64,000 nt of DNA from Dehalococcoidia bacterium. GTDB taxonomy: Bacteria; Chloroflexota; Dehalococcoidia; UBA2979. Below the pieces are notes generated by a model, which saw only the letters and a list, made by a program, of their open reading frames with translations, searched no databases and had not been told where the DNA came from. The stretch lies in NCBI GenBank assembly GCA_965219085.1, contig OZ244720.1, positions 3,136,001 to 3,200,000 of the forward strand, in the 5' to 3' direction. Position 1 is the first letter of the stretch; the number at the start of each line of letters is the position of its first letter. Of this stretch, positions 39,985 to 50,658 are shown piece after piece. Both the position numbers and the translations under genes were made by a program.

Positions 39985-40858
39985 TCAGCTGTACGTCGCG
40001 AAGAGCGCGAGCTGTGAGCCGGGCGTCGGCTTCACGCGCCGCACGATGAGCCGCACCGCGCTGGCGTCCGCCATGTGCTGGAACGGCGTGTACGTCGTCT
40101 CGGCGACAGCGGCGCCGCCCGGCAGCCAGTACGGGATCGGCGTCCAGTCCGCTTCCGGTATCGCCTCGATCAGCGTGCGTACGTTCGGCTGCTGGCGAAT
40201 CGTGACCGAGAAGCGGACGTCCTGCTTGCGGCAGGCGGCGACGACCCCGTGGTTGTAGAAGCCGCTGTCGGCTCGCATCGTGAGCTGCCCGCTCGCCCCG
40301 GCGTCGCGGACCCGCGCCACCGTCTCACGCAGGAAGTGGGCGGCGCCGCGCCGGGTCCCGCTCCGGCCGCCCATGCGCGGGCGAGCAATGCGCGGCTGAG
40401 GCGGTCGAGCTGGCGGACGTGGCCCCAGCGGAAGCTGCGCAGGAAGGTCCCGAGGGTGGACGGCGCCTTCACGGTGCAGCCGAGCACGCGCCCGGCGCCG
40501 CCGGCGCGCATCGCATCGGCGTCGTCGATGCAGTCGCCGCCGGCGAGCGCCGAGGCGACCAGGGTCAGCAGCTTGTCGCCGGCGTTCGCCCGCCCCGGCG
40601 CGTCACCGAGGTCGAGATAGCGCTCGGCAAGATCGGGGAGACCGAGACGACCGGCGAGCGTGGCGGGGAGCAGCAGGCCCGCGTGGTCCACGAGGCGGTC
40701 GTCGTCGAAGGCGATGTCTATCCGGTCGGGGCTGCTCGCTGCTAGCATCGAATGGTTGCTCCCTGTGGCTCGGACGTGATTCGTACAAAACCATTGTCCC
40801 AGCTACAGCGAAGCACCCAACCTCAGCCGCTCATGAGCTCTTCTTCGGTGGATCAGGG
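39985..40858 (-). mobile_element. IS1380-family 5' remnant with internal deletion
   Basis: FDDDRLVDHAGL, GGDCIDD, APSTLGTFLR, RADSGFY; IR tcggtggatcaggg at 40845-40858. Confidence 0.85.
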
Positions 40859-40963
40859 GTAAGCAGCATTGCCTATGGCCGATCGAGGTCGCAGTCGCCC
40901 AGTCCCTGAGGCGGGGGGCCTTCGCATCGGCCTCCGACGAGGCGACCATCACGTCGCGGCTGT

Positions 40964-41455
40964 CTAGTCTCGGTGCAACCAGCGCAACGGCAGAAGTACG
41001 CCGCCCGCCTGGAACTCGTGGCCCTCCGGCGGTCGACGCTCGCCTGGCGTAACCGCGGTCCGGTCGACGTATACCTCGCCATCGCGGACCTCGACGGCAA
41101 GGCGATCGAGACCGCGCGGCAAGGAAACGCGCGGGTGCGTTTCGTGGCCCGCCAGGTCGTACGTGAACGGCCGGCATGTGTCGAGACACCAGCCCGTGCG
41201 GCCGTGGAGCGAGAAGTCCGGGCGGTACGCCACGACGCACTCAGGGTCGGGATGGGGAACCCTGGCGACCAGCGCTGGGAGCTTGCCGGCGTCAACACGA
41301 ACGACGTGAAACGCCAACGGCTCGACGGCGTCGCCGAAGGGCGTGACCGAACCCGGAGGGAAGTCCTCGATGGAGCCCACGTCGACCCATGGATCCTTGC
41401 CTATCCACACGACGTTCCAGACCGGCGCCCTGGCTGAGGCGGTGAGCAGGCGCAT
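40964..41455 (-). CDS. Degenerate Rieske-like protein
   Basis: VDVGSIEDFPPG...YDLAG...LDRLAVEVRDGEVYVD fold signature; CxH and CxxH ligands incomplete. Confidence 0.5.
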   Translation of the reverse strand: MRLLTASARAPVWNVVWIGKDPWVDVGSIEDFPPGSVTPFGDAVEPLAFHVVRVDAGKLPALVARVPHPDPECVVAYRPDFSLHGRTGWCLDTCRPFTYDLAGHETHPRVSLPRGLDRLAVEVRDGEVYVDRTAVTPGERRPPEGHEFQAGGVLLPLRWLHRD

Positions 41456-41543
41456 ATCGTCTGAGCAGAAATGCTGCCGGTGTCGCTACACTGGATGCCC
41501 AGCAACGACACCGCCCGGTGTCTGTCACACAAGGACGGCAGAG

Positions 41544-42101
41544 ATGGCCGAATGGTGGGAGGGGCTTACTGGCCCCCTCCAGGCGTTCTACATGATCGGG
41601 CTCGTCGCCGCCGCGTTGCTGGCCCTGCAGCTCCTGCTGCTCGCCTTCGGGTTCGGCGGCGATTTCGAGCTGGGTGACGATGCCGGACTCTCCGGGGCTG
41701 TGTCGTTCCGAGGGCTGACCGCGTTCTTCTTCGTGTTCGGCTGGGTCGGCGTGCTCATGGAGGAGACGAACGCGCCGCTCCCCGCCTCCGTGGCCGTTGC
41801 CGGCGTGGCCGGAGCGCTGGCCATGGCGGGTGCGGTCATCATGTGGCGCAAATTCGCCAGCCTCGAGGCGGACGGCTCTCTCGACTACGCCACTGCGGTT
41901 GGAACCGTTGGGAGTGTCTACGTCACTGTTTCCGACGAACGCGCCCGCCCGGGGAAGATCATGGTCATGGTGCAGGGCCGGCTTCGGGAGGTGGCCGCCT
42001 TCGCGGAGCCAGGCAGTGGCGCAGTGGCGCCCGGAGCGCGCGTCGAAGTCGTCGACACCATCGACCCGTCCACCGTGCTGGTTCGCCCGCTCTCGGGTTG
42101 A
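41544..42101 (+). CDS. NfeD-like membrane protein
   Basis: SFRGLTAFFFVFGW, C-terminal OB-like region, upstream of flotillin. Confidence 0.8.
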   Translation: MAEWWEGLTGPLQAFYMIGLVAAALLALQLLLLAFGFGGDFELGDDAGLSGAVSFRGLTAFFFVFGWVGVLMEETNAPLPASVAVAGVAGALAMAGAVIMWRKFASLEADGSLDYATAVGTVGSVYVTVSDERARPGKIMVMVQGRLREVAAFAEPGSGAVAPGARVEVVDTIDPSTVLVRPLSG

Positions 42102-42154
42102 CGAGCCAAAACGTCGTCTCAGTCTGTGCGCACAGACACAGAAAGGAACCTCCT

Positions 42155-43615
42155 GTGGAAACTATCGTATTAGTGAGCGGGCTTGCCGCGATCGTGCTGA
42201 TCGCCGTGCTATCCATCGCGTCGCGCTACAAGCGTTGCCCGTCAGACCGCGTGCTCGTCATCTACGGGCGCGTAGGCGAAGAGGGCGAATCGGCACGCTG
42301 CCTCCACGGCGGGGGCGCGCTGGTGTGGCCGATCGTTCAAGGGCACGAGTTCCTGGACCTCACCCCGCTGCCCATCGAGATCAAGTTGGAAGGCGCGCTG
42401 TCCCAGCAGAATATCCGGGTCAACACGCCGGCCACGTTCACTGTCGGCATCTCCACCGAGCCCGGCGTGATGCAGAACGCCGCCGAGCGGTTGCTGGGAC
42501 TCGGATTGGATGATATCGAGAGCCTGGCCCAGGACATCATCTTCGGTCAGATGCGCGTGGTCATCGCCACGATGAACATCGAGGAGATCAACGCCGACCG
42601 AGAGAAGCTGATCACCAACATCACCGAATCGCTCGAGGTCGAGCTGGCCAAGGTCGGATTGCGCCTCATCAACGTCAACATTCAGGACGTGACCGACGCA
42701 TCCGGCTACATCGACGCCCTTGGCCAGGAAGCTGCGGCGCGTGCCATCAATGACGCGAAGGTCAGGGTCGCCGAGCAGGAGCGCGACGGCGAGATCGGCG
42801 CCGCCGAAGCACATACCGCGCGCCGCGTGCGGGTCGCCCAGGAGAACGCGACCGCCACTGAGGGAGAGAACGAATCGCGAGTGGTTGTCGCCAATTCGGA
42901 TAGTGCGCGCCGCCAGCAGGAGGCGGACGCCGAGCGGGGCGCGGTCGCTGCTGAGCGGGTGGCATCCGCAGCTGCCGAGGAAGAGTCGTTTGCCGCCGAG
43001 GCCACTGCCGAGGAAGCCCGCGCCGCGCGCGACAGGGCCACGCAGCACGCGGACTCCGTCGTTCCCGCTGAAGTGGAAAAGGAGCGGATTCGCGTCCTCG
43101 CCGAAGCCGCCGCCCTGCGTGTCAGCATCACCCAGGAGGGTGAAGCCACAGGCAACCTCAAGCTCATGGAAGCCGAGGCCGACGGCCAGAAGGCGATCCT
43201 GTCCAAGCGCGCCGAAGGCATCAAGGACCTCGTCGCGGCGGCGGGGAACAACCCCGGGGATGCCGTTCTGCTGCTGCTGGCCGAACAAATGCCGGCTCTG
43301 GTGGAGCACCAGGCGAAGGCGATCTCCGGGATCGACATCGACAAGATCGTCGTCTGGGATAGCGGCGCATCCCGTGGCGCTGGCGCCAACGGCACCACCG
43401 CCGACTTCCTGCGCAGCTTCGGCGCCATTCTTCCCCCGCTCCACGAGCTCGCCGCGAGCGCCGGCATGGAACTGCCCGCGTTCCTCGGATCCGTCGCGCC
43501 GACCGATGGCGTCAATCCGCACGATCTCGCGGGAGCAGCGGACGGCGAAGGCGCCGACGGACCGGATGGCGACGACACGCTTGATCGCATGGGAGCCGCG
43601 GACAACGACCAGTAG
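42155..43615 (+). CDS. Flotillin/SPFH-domain protein
   Basis: RYKRCPSDRVLVIYG, LINVNIQD, Ala/Glu coiled coil. Confidence 0.92.
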   Translation: METIVLVSGLAAIVLIAVLSIASRYKRCPSDRVLVIYGRVGEEGESARCLHGGGALVWPIVQGHEFLDLTPLPIEIKLEGALSQQNIRVNTPATFTVGISTEPGVMQNAAERLLGLGLDDIESLAQDIIFGQMRVVIATMNIEEINADREKLITNITESLEVELAKVGLRLINVNIQDVTDASGYIDALGQEAAARAINDAKVRVAEQERDGEIGAAEAHTARRVRVAQENATATEGENESRVVVANSDSARRQQEADAERGAVAAERVASAAAEEESFAAEATAEEARAARDRATQHADSVVPAEVEKERIRVLAEAAALRVSITQEGEATGNLKLMEAEADGQKAILSKRAEGIKDLVAAAGNNPGDAVLLLLAEQMPALVEHQAKAISGIDIDKIVVWDSGASRGAGANGTTADFLRSFGAILPPLHELAASAGMELPAFLGSVAPTDGVNPHDLAGAADGEGADGPDGDDTLDRMGAADNDQ

Positions 43616-43825
43616 ACAGCGTGCATCCATTTGCGTAGCCCCCTGCCGTGGTGTCTTCGCGGCAGGGCTACGCGAATCCCCTCGACGAGCGATGACGCCG
43701 AGAGGCGCAATCCCGCGGGCGGGCCGGCCGAGCAAAGGCATCCGTAAGGCGGACCATCGCACCACCTCGGTCCACCAAAAGACCGGCAGCGACGGCGCAC
43801 CAAGACCGGCAGCGACGGCGCACCG

Positions 43826-44050
43826 CTACCGGCTCCCTGTCGCAGCGCTTGGCTTACCTCCAACCGCCCAGAGGTCGTGGAAGTCCTTCATCCGTGTGTT
43901 CGTGATGGCCAGGCGGACCATCGTCTCGAACTTCTCGGCCGCGACCGTCTCGCGTGGGGACGTCCTCAGCCGTGGGGCGGGAAAGTCGAGGAGTGTTGGG
44001 AATTCGGCCTCGATCGCGCTTGGAGTCACGCCGGATCGTTCTCCACCGCG
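43826..44050 (-). pseudogene. AbiEii nucleotidyltransferase fragment
   Basis: PRETVAAEKFETMV...NTRMKDFHDLW. Confidence 0.7.
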
Positions 44051-44619
44051 GCGAGGCTCGCCGCACGGCCGCGCTCGGCCCGGCCACACCGCTACGATCA
44101 CCGCCACTGTCACGCCGCCATCGGAGGCCTTCCTCCCATCAGCCGTATCGACAACCCGCCAGAGCACCCGCCCAGGGGGCGACCTCCTCCTCGATGAGAT
44201 CGTCGGCGATGCCGGCGACGCCACTGATGAACCCGGCATCGGCCCCGCCGGGCGCCGCCGGGCGCATACGCTATTGCCCGCTGGCGGTGCGGCAGCGGCT
44301 CCATCGCCCCACCGGCGGCGGTCTCGGCCGCGGCCGTGAGTCCACAACCAGCCAGATGAGCGGGCGCTCGCGCCTGTCATCGATCCCAGCGATGAACGCT
44401 CAGGCGCCCACGAGGAACGAGAGCGCCACTGTCACGAGACATACAAGGAATTGCCGGGACCAGCGATCCGTGAACGTCTGCTGAGCTTTCGCTGCGGCGC
44501 GCGGGTGCAGACCCCACTCGATGTCGAGCATCGCCTTCACGTCCACTGATGCCGCGCCTTGACGCGCACTCGGCGGCTTTGTCTGCGGCCCGGCCGGGGG
44601 GCCGCTCCGATCAGCCGGA

Positions 44620-45210
44620 CTACGGGAGCCGGAAGGACCGTATTTCGATGGTCACGACCGCACCATCGCGATAGCCGTAGATCTCCATGAAGCCGGAAGT
44701 CACGTCTCCTGCGGCGTTCCAGTCGAGCGGGGTTGCTGCGCCCTCGTAGTTGATGTGCTGGCCGCTCCGGACAGCGTTGAGAGCAGCCTGGACGCCTGCG
44801 GCATCGGCTATGAACACGCTGCCCGGAGGCCCTGAGATGCGCACAAGCTGGTCGCGGATGGCGGCGCCGTCAGTCGAGCCCGCGGCCTCGGCGGCGAGGG
44901 CGATCGCGACCACGGCAGCGACCCCTTCCAGCCAGACATCTCCTTGGCGGTCCAGTCGCCATAGATGCGGCGCGTTGTCACGGTGCCGTACTTGGCAGCC
45001 CCGGCCAGCACGTGCTCCACGGACCAGTGCGATACGAGGATGACCCCTTCGAAGTTCTTTCCAAGGAACCGCCCGAGGCTGACAGCGACCGCCTCGGCGT
45101 CGATACGGCCGCTCAAGCCGAGGTCTTGCCGCAGCGCGGCGCCCCGTTGCTGCGCCCGGTTCATCCCGCGCCTCGCGGCTTCCAGTCGTCGGGATCCGTT
45201 GCGCGGAACT
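44620..45210 (-). pseudogene. Mosaic of fragments: possible ImmA/IrrE N-terminus, NYN domain, ABC substrate-binding C-terminus
   Basis: GLSGRIDAEAVA; YGTVTTRRIYGDW; INYEGAATPLDWNAAGDV. Confidence 0.55.
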
Positions 45211-45243
45211 CGATGATAGCTGCGGTCACGTCAGTCCGTGCGC

Positions 45244-46400
45244 TCAGTGCACACGGTCTCTGCGCCGCGGAGTCACCGATGCCCGCGCAACCCATTGGGC
45301 GACCGAGTTCTCGGCGCCAGCGTCCCCGCCTGCGTCGACTACAGGCGGCCCGTCACTCCTGGCGACTAACGGCGCCATGGGGGGCAGACCGTCGGCAAAC
45401 AGCTCGATGAATTCGCGATTCACGAAGTCCGGCGCTCCGAGGATGTAGGACACCCACTCCCCCTCGGCGAGGGCATAGAGGGCCGAGACGCCGAGCGCAG
45501 TCCTCAAGTGACTCGATGCTGCCGCCCCCGTAGACGACGAAGCTGAAGCCGATCGTGATCTCGCCGTGCGGGCAACTCGACCCCCGCAGGATCACGCGCT
45601 CCTTGTCGGTGACAGCGCCGGTGAAGGGATCCGCACTTGGAGGCCCGTTGCTCCCGGCGATTAGCGGCGTCACGGGCGGGATACCGTCCGCGTACAGCTC
45701 GCGGAAGTCCGCGTTCACGAAGTCGGGCGCGCCGACGATGTAGGGCGCGTAGACGCCGTTATCCAGCACATAGACGGCTACGACGTACCTGTTCACGGCG
45801 CAGACCACGAAGTCCTCAAGGCCGCCCCCTTTGTAGATGCCAAGACTGAAGCCCTCGAGCACATCGCCGCGGAAGCAGTCGGAGGCGGGGTCGCCAGGCG
45901 CTTCGTGCGCTGGACCGCACACGGTAGACACGCGTGCGATTCCCGTCGGCCGAGGTCACGGTGACGGTGATCTCGGAGCCCGCCGCCAAGGGCACCTGGT
46001 GGCCGTTCTCCGGGTCCTGGTCGGCATCCGAAGGTCTGATCACGACCGTCGCCCGGCGCTGCGTTGCCTCTGCCTCCACCGTCGTGGAGGACCCGATCGT
46101 CCGGAACGGCCCGTCCCCGCAAGTTGTGACGTACCGCATCCAGTTGCGCCGGCGTCCGAATCTCGATCAGCCCATCCCCGTCACTGTCGTAGTCCTTACC
46201 CACGGTCACGGTGAATCGCTGCGTTGCGCTCGAGTTGGACCCGCTCGCGTCTGTCGCCGAGACCGTGATGATCGACCGGCCCGCGGCGCCCGGCGTGATC
46301 GTGACCATCGAGATCGACACGCTCACCGTGGCGACGGAGGTCGAGGATGACGACGCCGTGTACGTCAGTGCGTCGCCGTCCGGCCCCTGAACGCGGCCGA
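45244..46400 (-). pseudogene. Fragmented surface protein: cadherin-like beta-sandwich plus two C-terminal repeat domains
   Basis: DYDSDGDGLIEI, ITVTVTSADG, GFSxxxYxGG...YIxGAPDFVN repeats. Confidence 0.7.
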
Positions 46401-46780
46401 CACGTCCACCACGACCGCGCTGGCGCCCAGAAGGAGCGTGCGGTCAGGCGGCCGCCGCTCAACGAAGGCCGCGGTCCGAACCCGACGACACAGCTCCCCG
46501 TGCTCCCAGAATCACCGGTGGTGGTTGTGGGCGGCACCGAGCCACGTCTGCCGGGCCTCCGTGGTCGTCGCCAGCCCTGAGCGTCGCTGCGCCCGTTCGT
46601 CATGCCATCGACATTGGGCTGGTAGCCGCGGTTGAGTAGAGCGCTGCTCACGGCGTCCTAGCAGAACAAGAGCGTGCGAACGCCTGAGGGTGTCCGCCTC
46701 GCGGGCGCGGCCGACACAGTGGTTCCCCCGATTGTTGCGATCGCGCGTGGCCTGGCACCGGGGGTAGGTTCGCCGGCATT

Positions 46781-47000
46781 GTGCGTCCGAATCCGGTCGA
46801 CGCTGCCGAGCAGGGGCTCGGGGCCGCCATCGGGCGCCCGGCGCTGATTGCGGACGAGCTCGCGCAGGGGGTGCTGGTTCCCGTGCTCGAGCAGCAGGCC
46901 GACGCCCCCGAGCGCTGCTGCCTCATCACCACCGCAGGCCCGCGGCGCAAACCAGAAGTCCAAGGCGTTCCGCCGGTGGATCATCGAGCAAGCCCAATCC
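46781..47000 (+). pseudogene. LysR (GcvA-like) substrate-binding C-terminal fragment
   Basis: AAEQGLGAAIGRPALIADELAQGVLV...KAFRRWIIEQA. Confidence 0.55.
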
Positions 47001-49525
47001 CCGACGCATCCAACGCGAGCACCTGTAGCCCGCAGCCCAGCACCCCGCCGCACCCCCAACGCAGTCCGCCAGCTGACACCAGCCCGCGATACGAGCCGAC
47101 AGCCAAGTAGGCACCCGTGCGGGGCGCGGGCGCCGCGGTGCAGCTCTCCCGGGCTCGATGATCTCCCTTGTTCGCGGGAACTCGCTCGTCTCGCTGGCCA
47201 AGGCTGCATTGGCCTGTGACCGATATATCTTATGTCATTGACCACGCGCATGTCCTCCTGTCCGATTCCTTCCGCGCAAGCGTTCCTGCGGGCCGAGTCG
47301 TGGAGGTTCCAGAGGTGCGTTCCAGGCGAACCCCGACCTGGGGCCTACCTCAGAAAGCGGGGTCAGCGGCAGCGCGTCCAGCGCCACCGTGCCTGCCGCC
47401 TGTAGCAGGATCAGTGGGTTGGCCGCACAGGATTTGAGCGACCCGAGCCGGCAATGCGCGACCTGTCTGTCCTGAGCTTCACCGACTACCCCAGCGGCTC
47501 TGCTGTGCTAGTCGATGATTCGGCGATCCAGATCATCACGACTGAACCAGGACCCACCTAATGGGCCAACCATCTTTGCGGGAGATTATGCGCACATCAA
47601 CTCCGTCCAATTGATCGATGGCCAGATCGTCACCTCGCTGCGTGGGTGTTCGAAGGTGCTGGGTATCGATGCGGAAAGCGGTGACGTGTTATGGCGGGTC
47701 GGCCGGAGCAACCTGAGCGAGGAGAAATGAGTCGCTCGCGACATCGGCCCAGCGTCGCTGTCCGTCGTCAACGATCCCGTGGGCGACTTCTGCGGACAGC
47801 ACGCGGCCCAGATTCTGCCAAACGGCAACCTCCTGCTGTATGACAACGGTGTTGAGTGCGTGTTCAGTCCATGGACGTTCGTTAGGATTGGCCGGGAGGG
47901 TAATGAGTACAGCCGGGCCGTGGAGTACGCGCTGGACTTCGTACACAACGAAGCCGTCTTTATGAGGGAGCACTCTCAGGACGGGGCGAAGAGCTACCTC
48001 GGATATTCCTCGGGCGGGGTCTCTGGGTTGCCCAATGGAGACTGGCTGATCCACTGGGGGTGGGTGGCGCCGAACGTCACCAGATCGGCAACAGCGGTCA
48101 CCCAGGTCGATCCTGCGACGGGCGAAGAGGAAGTTCGAGCTCCGGATCACCGACGCGAGCATGGACGAGCGAGACCGTCAGGCCGTTTCCCGCACGCCCG
48201 CCGAAGCACTGGCGCCGCAGCCGCAGCCGCTCGGGGCGACGCTGCCCCCGAGCGCTTTCACTTCGGTCTTCCACACCGGCACGAGCGACTCGCCGCAGGT
48301 CGCGGTCGCTTTCAACCGGCCCGTGGTCGACTTCGCCGCCGCCACGCCGTCGGTCACGGTCAGCGGCGCGAGCGTCAGCTCCCACGTCGTGGTCGGCGAA
48401 GCGGCCAACGCCTACATCTTCACGCTGACTCCAACGGGCAGTGGCGACATCACCTTCAGCCTGGTCGCGAACACGCCCTGCGACCCTGACGGCATCTGCA
48501 CCGCGGACGGCGCGGTGCTTTCCGAGGTTCCCGCGCCCCTGGTGATCCAGCCGCAGCCGACACTGAGCCTGACGGCCGATAGCACCGCAATCGCAGAGGC
48601 CGACGGGGGTGTAGCCGCGATCACCAACGGCATCACCCCCCCGACCCGCAGCAGATCGTGCTCTCCTTATCGGGCAGCGCCACGGCGGGCAGGGACTTCA
48701 CCTTCACCGACGCTGGGGGCCGGACGTTCACGAACCCCTTCTTGCTCAAGCTGCCGAGCGGGCAGAGCTCAGTCACGGGCGTCATCACCGCCGTCAACGA
48801 CAGCCGCGACGAGGGCGATGAGACGATCAGCGTCGAGGCCACCTACGCGGGGGCCACGATCGGCTCTGCGGTCACCGTGACCGCCAGCGACGATGACGCT
48901 GCGCCGGGGCCCGAGTTGGAGTCGCTCGCAGTTACGACGCCCTCGAGCCGGTCACTGTATCCGTCGTTCGACCCCGGCGTGCTCCACTATGCGGTTGGCT
49001 GCGAGAGTGTGGACCACGTTCTGCAGCTGAGCCTGTCGGCGAAGGACGCCGCTGTGCGACTCGCCGTCGACAGCATCCAGAGCGCGAGCCGCGATGCCAC
49101 GGTCAGGCGAAGCGGCCTGCACGCTGAGAGCGACATCGTGATCAGCCTCAGCGATGGTAGTGGCCAACATCGGACATACACGGTGCACTGTCTCGACGAC
49201 GACTTCCCCCAGGTCCGAGTGGAGAGACAGCCGCGAGCCTGGGACGGATTGTTGATGGGGACGTATGGCCCAGGCAGGAACGCCAGTTGGGCGTACTTGT
49301 GGATGATGGACAACAACGGCGTCCCCTGGCTTCGCCAGCGGCTTCCGAGCAGCCACGGCAGCCAATTTCAATTATCTTGGGAACGGTACGTATCCGTACG
49401 GGTACGTCGCCCGGGACACTACCACCGGTCTTCACGCGCAGTTGCTGGACGAGCATCTGCAACCTGCGGTCAAGGTGACGACGGGTGATGGGCATGTGAC
49501 CGGACCCCCTTCGCGAGTCCACCGC

Positions 49526-50350
49526 TTATGAGAGTCCAGCGTGTAGCTGAGTCTCCCAGCGCTCGGCGTAGGCAGCCGGAGCGAGCCAGCCCAGGCTGCT
49601 ATGCGGGCGCTTCGTGTTGTACTCGATCCGCCAGTCCTCGAGCAGCACCTGCGCCTCAAGCAGGCTGTCGAACTGCTCGACCGCCAGGAACTCGTCGCGC
49701 AGCCGGCCGTTGAACGACTCCACGTATGGGTTCTCCCACGGCGCACCGGGCTCGATGTAGCTGCTGCCCGTGCCGCTGAACCGGCACCAGTCGCGCAGCG
49801 CGTTGGCCGTGAGCTCGGGCCCATTGTCGCAACGGATGTACCCAGGCGCCGTCCCGCGCCGGGCGACGATCCCGTCGAGCGTTGAGGCCGTGGCGTCGGC
49901 GTTGATGCTCCTGGCGGCCACGATCGCCAGCGCCTCCCGTGTGTGCTCGTCGACGATGTTGAGCAGCTTCAGGACCCGCCCGTCCGCGGTCTGGTCGAAC
50001 TGGAATTCCAGCGCCCAGACGTGGTTCGGCCGCTCAGCGCGCAGCCTGGCGGCGGGCACCGCCGAGTCCCCCAGGCGCTGACGCTTGCGTCGTTTCACCG
50101 GGACGCGCAGCCCTTCCTCACGCCAGAGCCGTTGCACCCGCTTGCGATTCACGCCCCATCCCTCCTCGCGTAAGGTCGCCCAGGCCCGGCGGTAGCCCCA
50201 GCGGGGGTGGCCACGCGAGAAGGCGTGGAGTTCCGCGCGCAGCGCGTCGTCGCCGCGGCCGCGCGTCGGGAGGCGGCGCTGTGTGGAGCGGTGCTGGCCG
50301 GTGACCCGGCATGCCCGCCGTTCCGACAACTCGAGGCGGTCCTGCAACAT
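49526..50350 (-). CDS. IS3 transposase OrfB
   Basis: WGYRR, IRCDNGPE, ENPYVESFNGRLRDE; the first catalytic-region motif reads WALEF rather than WALDF. Confidence 0.9.
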   Translation of the reverse strand: MLQDRLELSERRACRVTGQHRSTQRRLPTRGRGDDALRAELHAFSRGHPRWGYRRAWATLREEGWGVNRKRVQRLWREEGLRVPVKRRKRQRLGDSAVPAARLRAERPNHVWALEFQFDQTADGRVLKLLNIVDEHTREALAIVAARSINADATASTLDGIVARRGTAPGYIRCDNGPELTANALRDWCRFSGTGSSYIEPGAPWENPYVESFNGRLRDEFLAVEQFDSLLEAQVLLEDWRIEYNTKRPHSSLGWLAPAAYAERWETQLHAGLS

Positions 50351-50379
50351 GCAGACTGCCTCGCGCCGGCGCGACGGGC

Positions 50380-50658
50380 TTACCAGTTTCCCCGGGCGAT
50401 CTCCTTGAGCGCGTCGATCTCGAGTTCCTTGTCGGCGACGATCCGCTTCAGCCGGGCGTTCTCGCGTTCCAGCTCGCGCAGCCGTTTGGCGTCGTCGGCC
50501 TTCATCGCGCCGTACTGGTTGCGCCAGCGGTGGTAGGTCTGCTCCGAGATCTCGACCTGCTTCGCCGCCTCGGCGATCGTCTGCCCCTCACCGAGCAGCC
50601 GCTCCACCTCGCGCAGCTTGCGCACGATCTGCTCGGGCGTGTGCCTGCGTCGTTTCAC
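50380..50658 (-). CDS. IS3 transposase OrfA
   Basis: HTPEQIVRKL HTH, LRELERENARLK; GGGGAAAC slippery site near the end. Confidence 0.9.
   Translation of the reverse strand: MKRRRHTPEQIVRKLREVERLLGEGQTIAEAAKQVEISEQTYHRWRNQYGAMKADDAKRLRELERENARLKRIVADKELEIDALKEIARGNW

Larger units (their letters stand above)
36963..39988 (+). mobile_element. IS110-family, IS1111-type element (A), interrupted in its 3' non-coding end by IS110 element B
   Basis: Perfect 16-bp sub-terminal IRs tatggagtgaccggct (36972-36987) / agccggtcactccata (39969-39984); TTGACA at 39964-39969. Confidence 0.88.

Noticed and set aside
47214-47240. dif/Xer-like site (gtgaccgata-tatc-ttatgtcattg)
   Set aside because: XerD-like arm is present, but the spacing is 3 bp too short for a 28-bp dif site; at best a decayed site.
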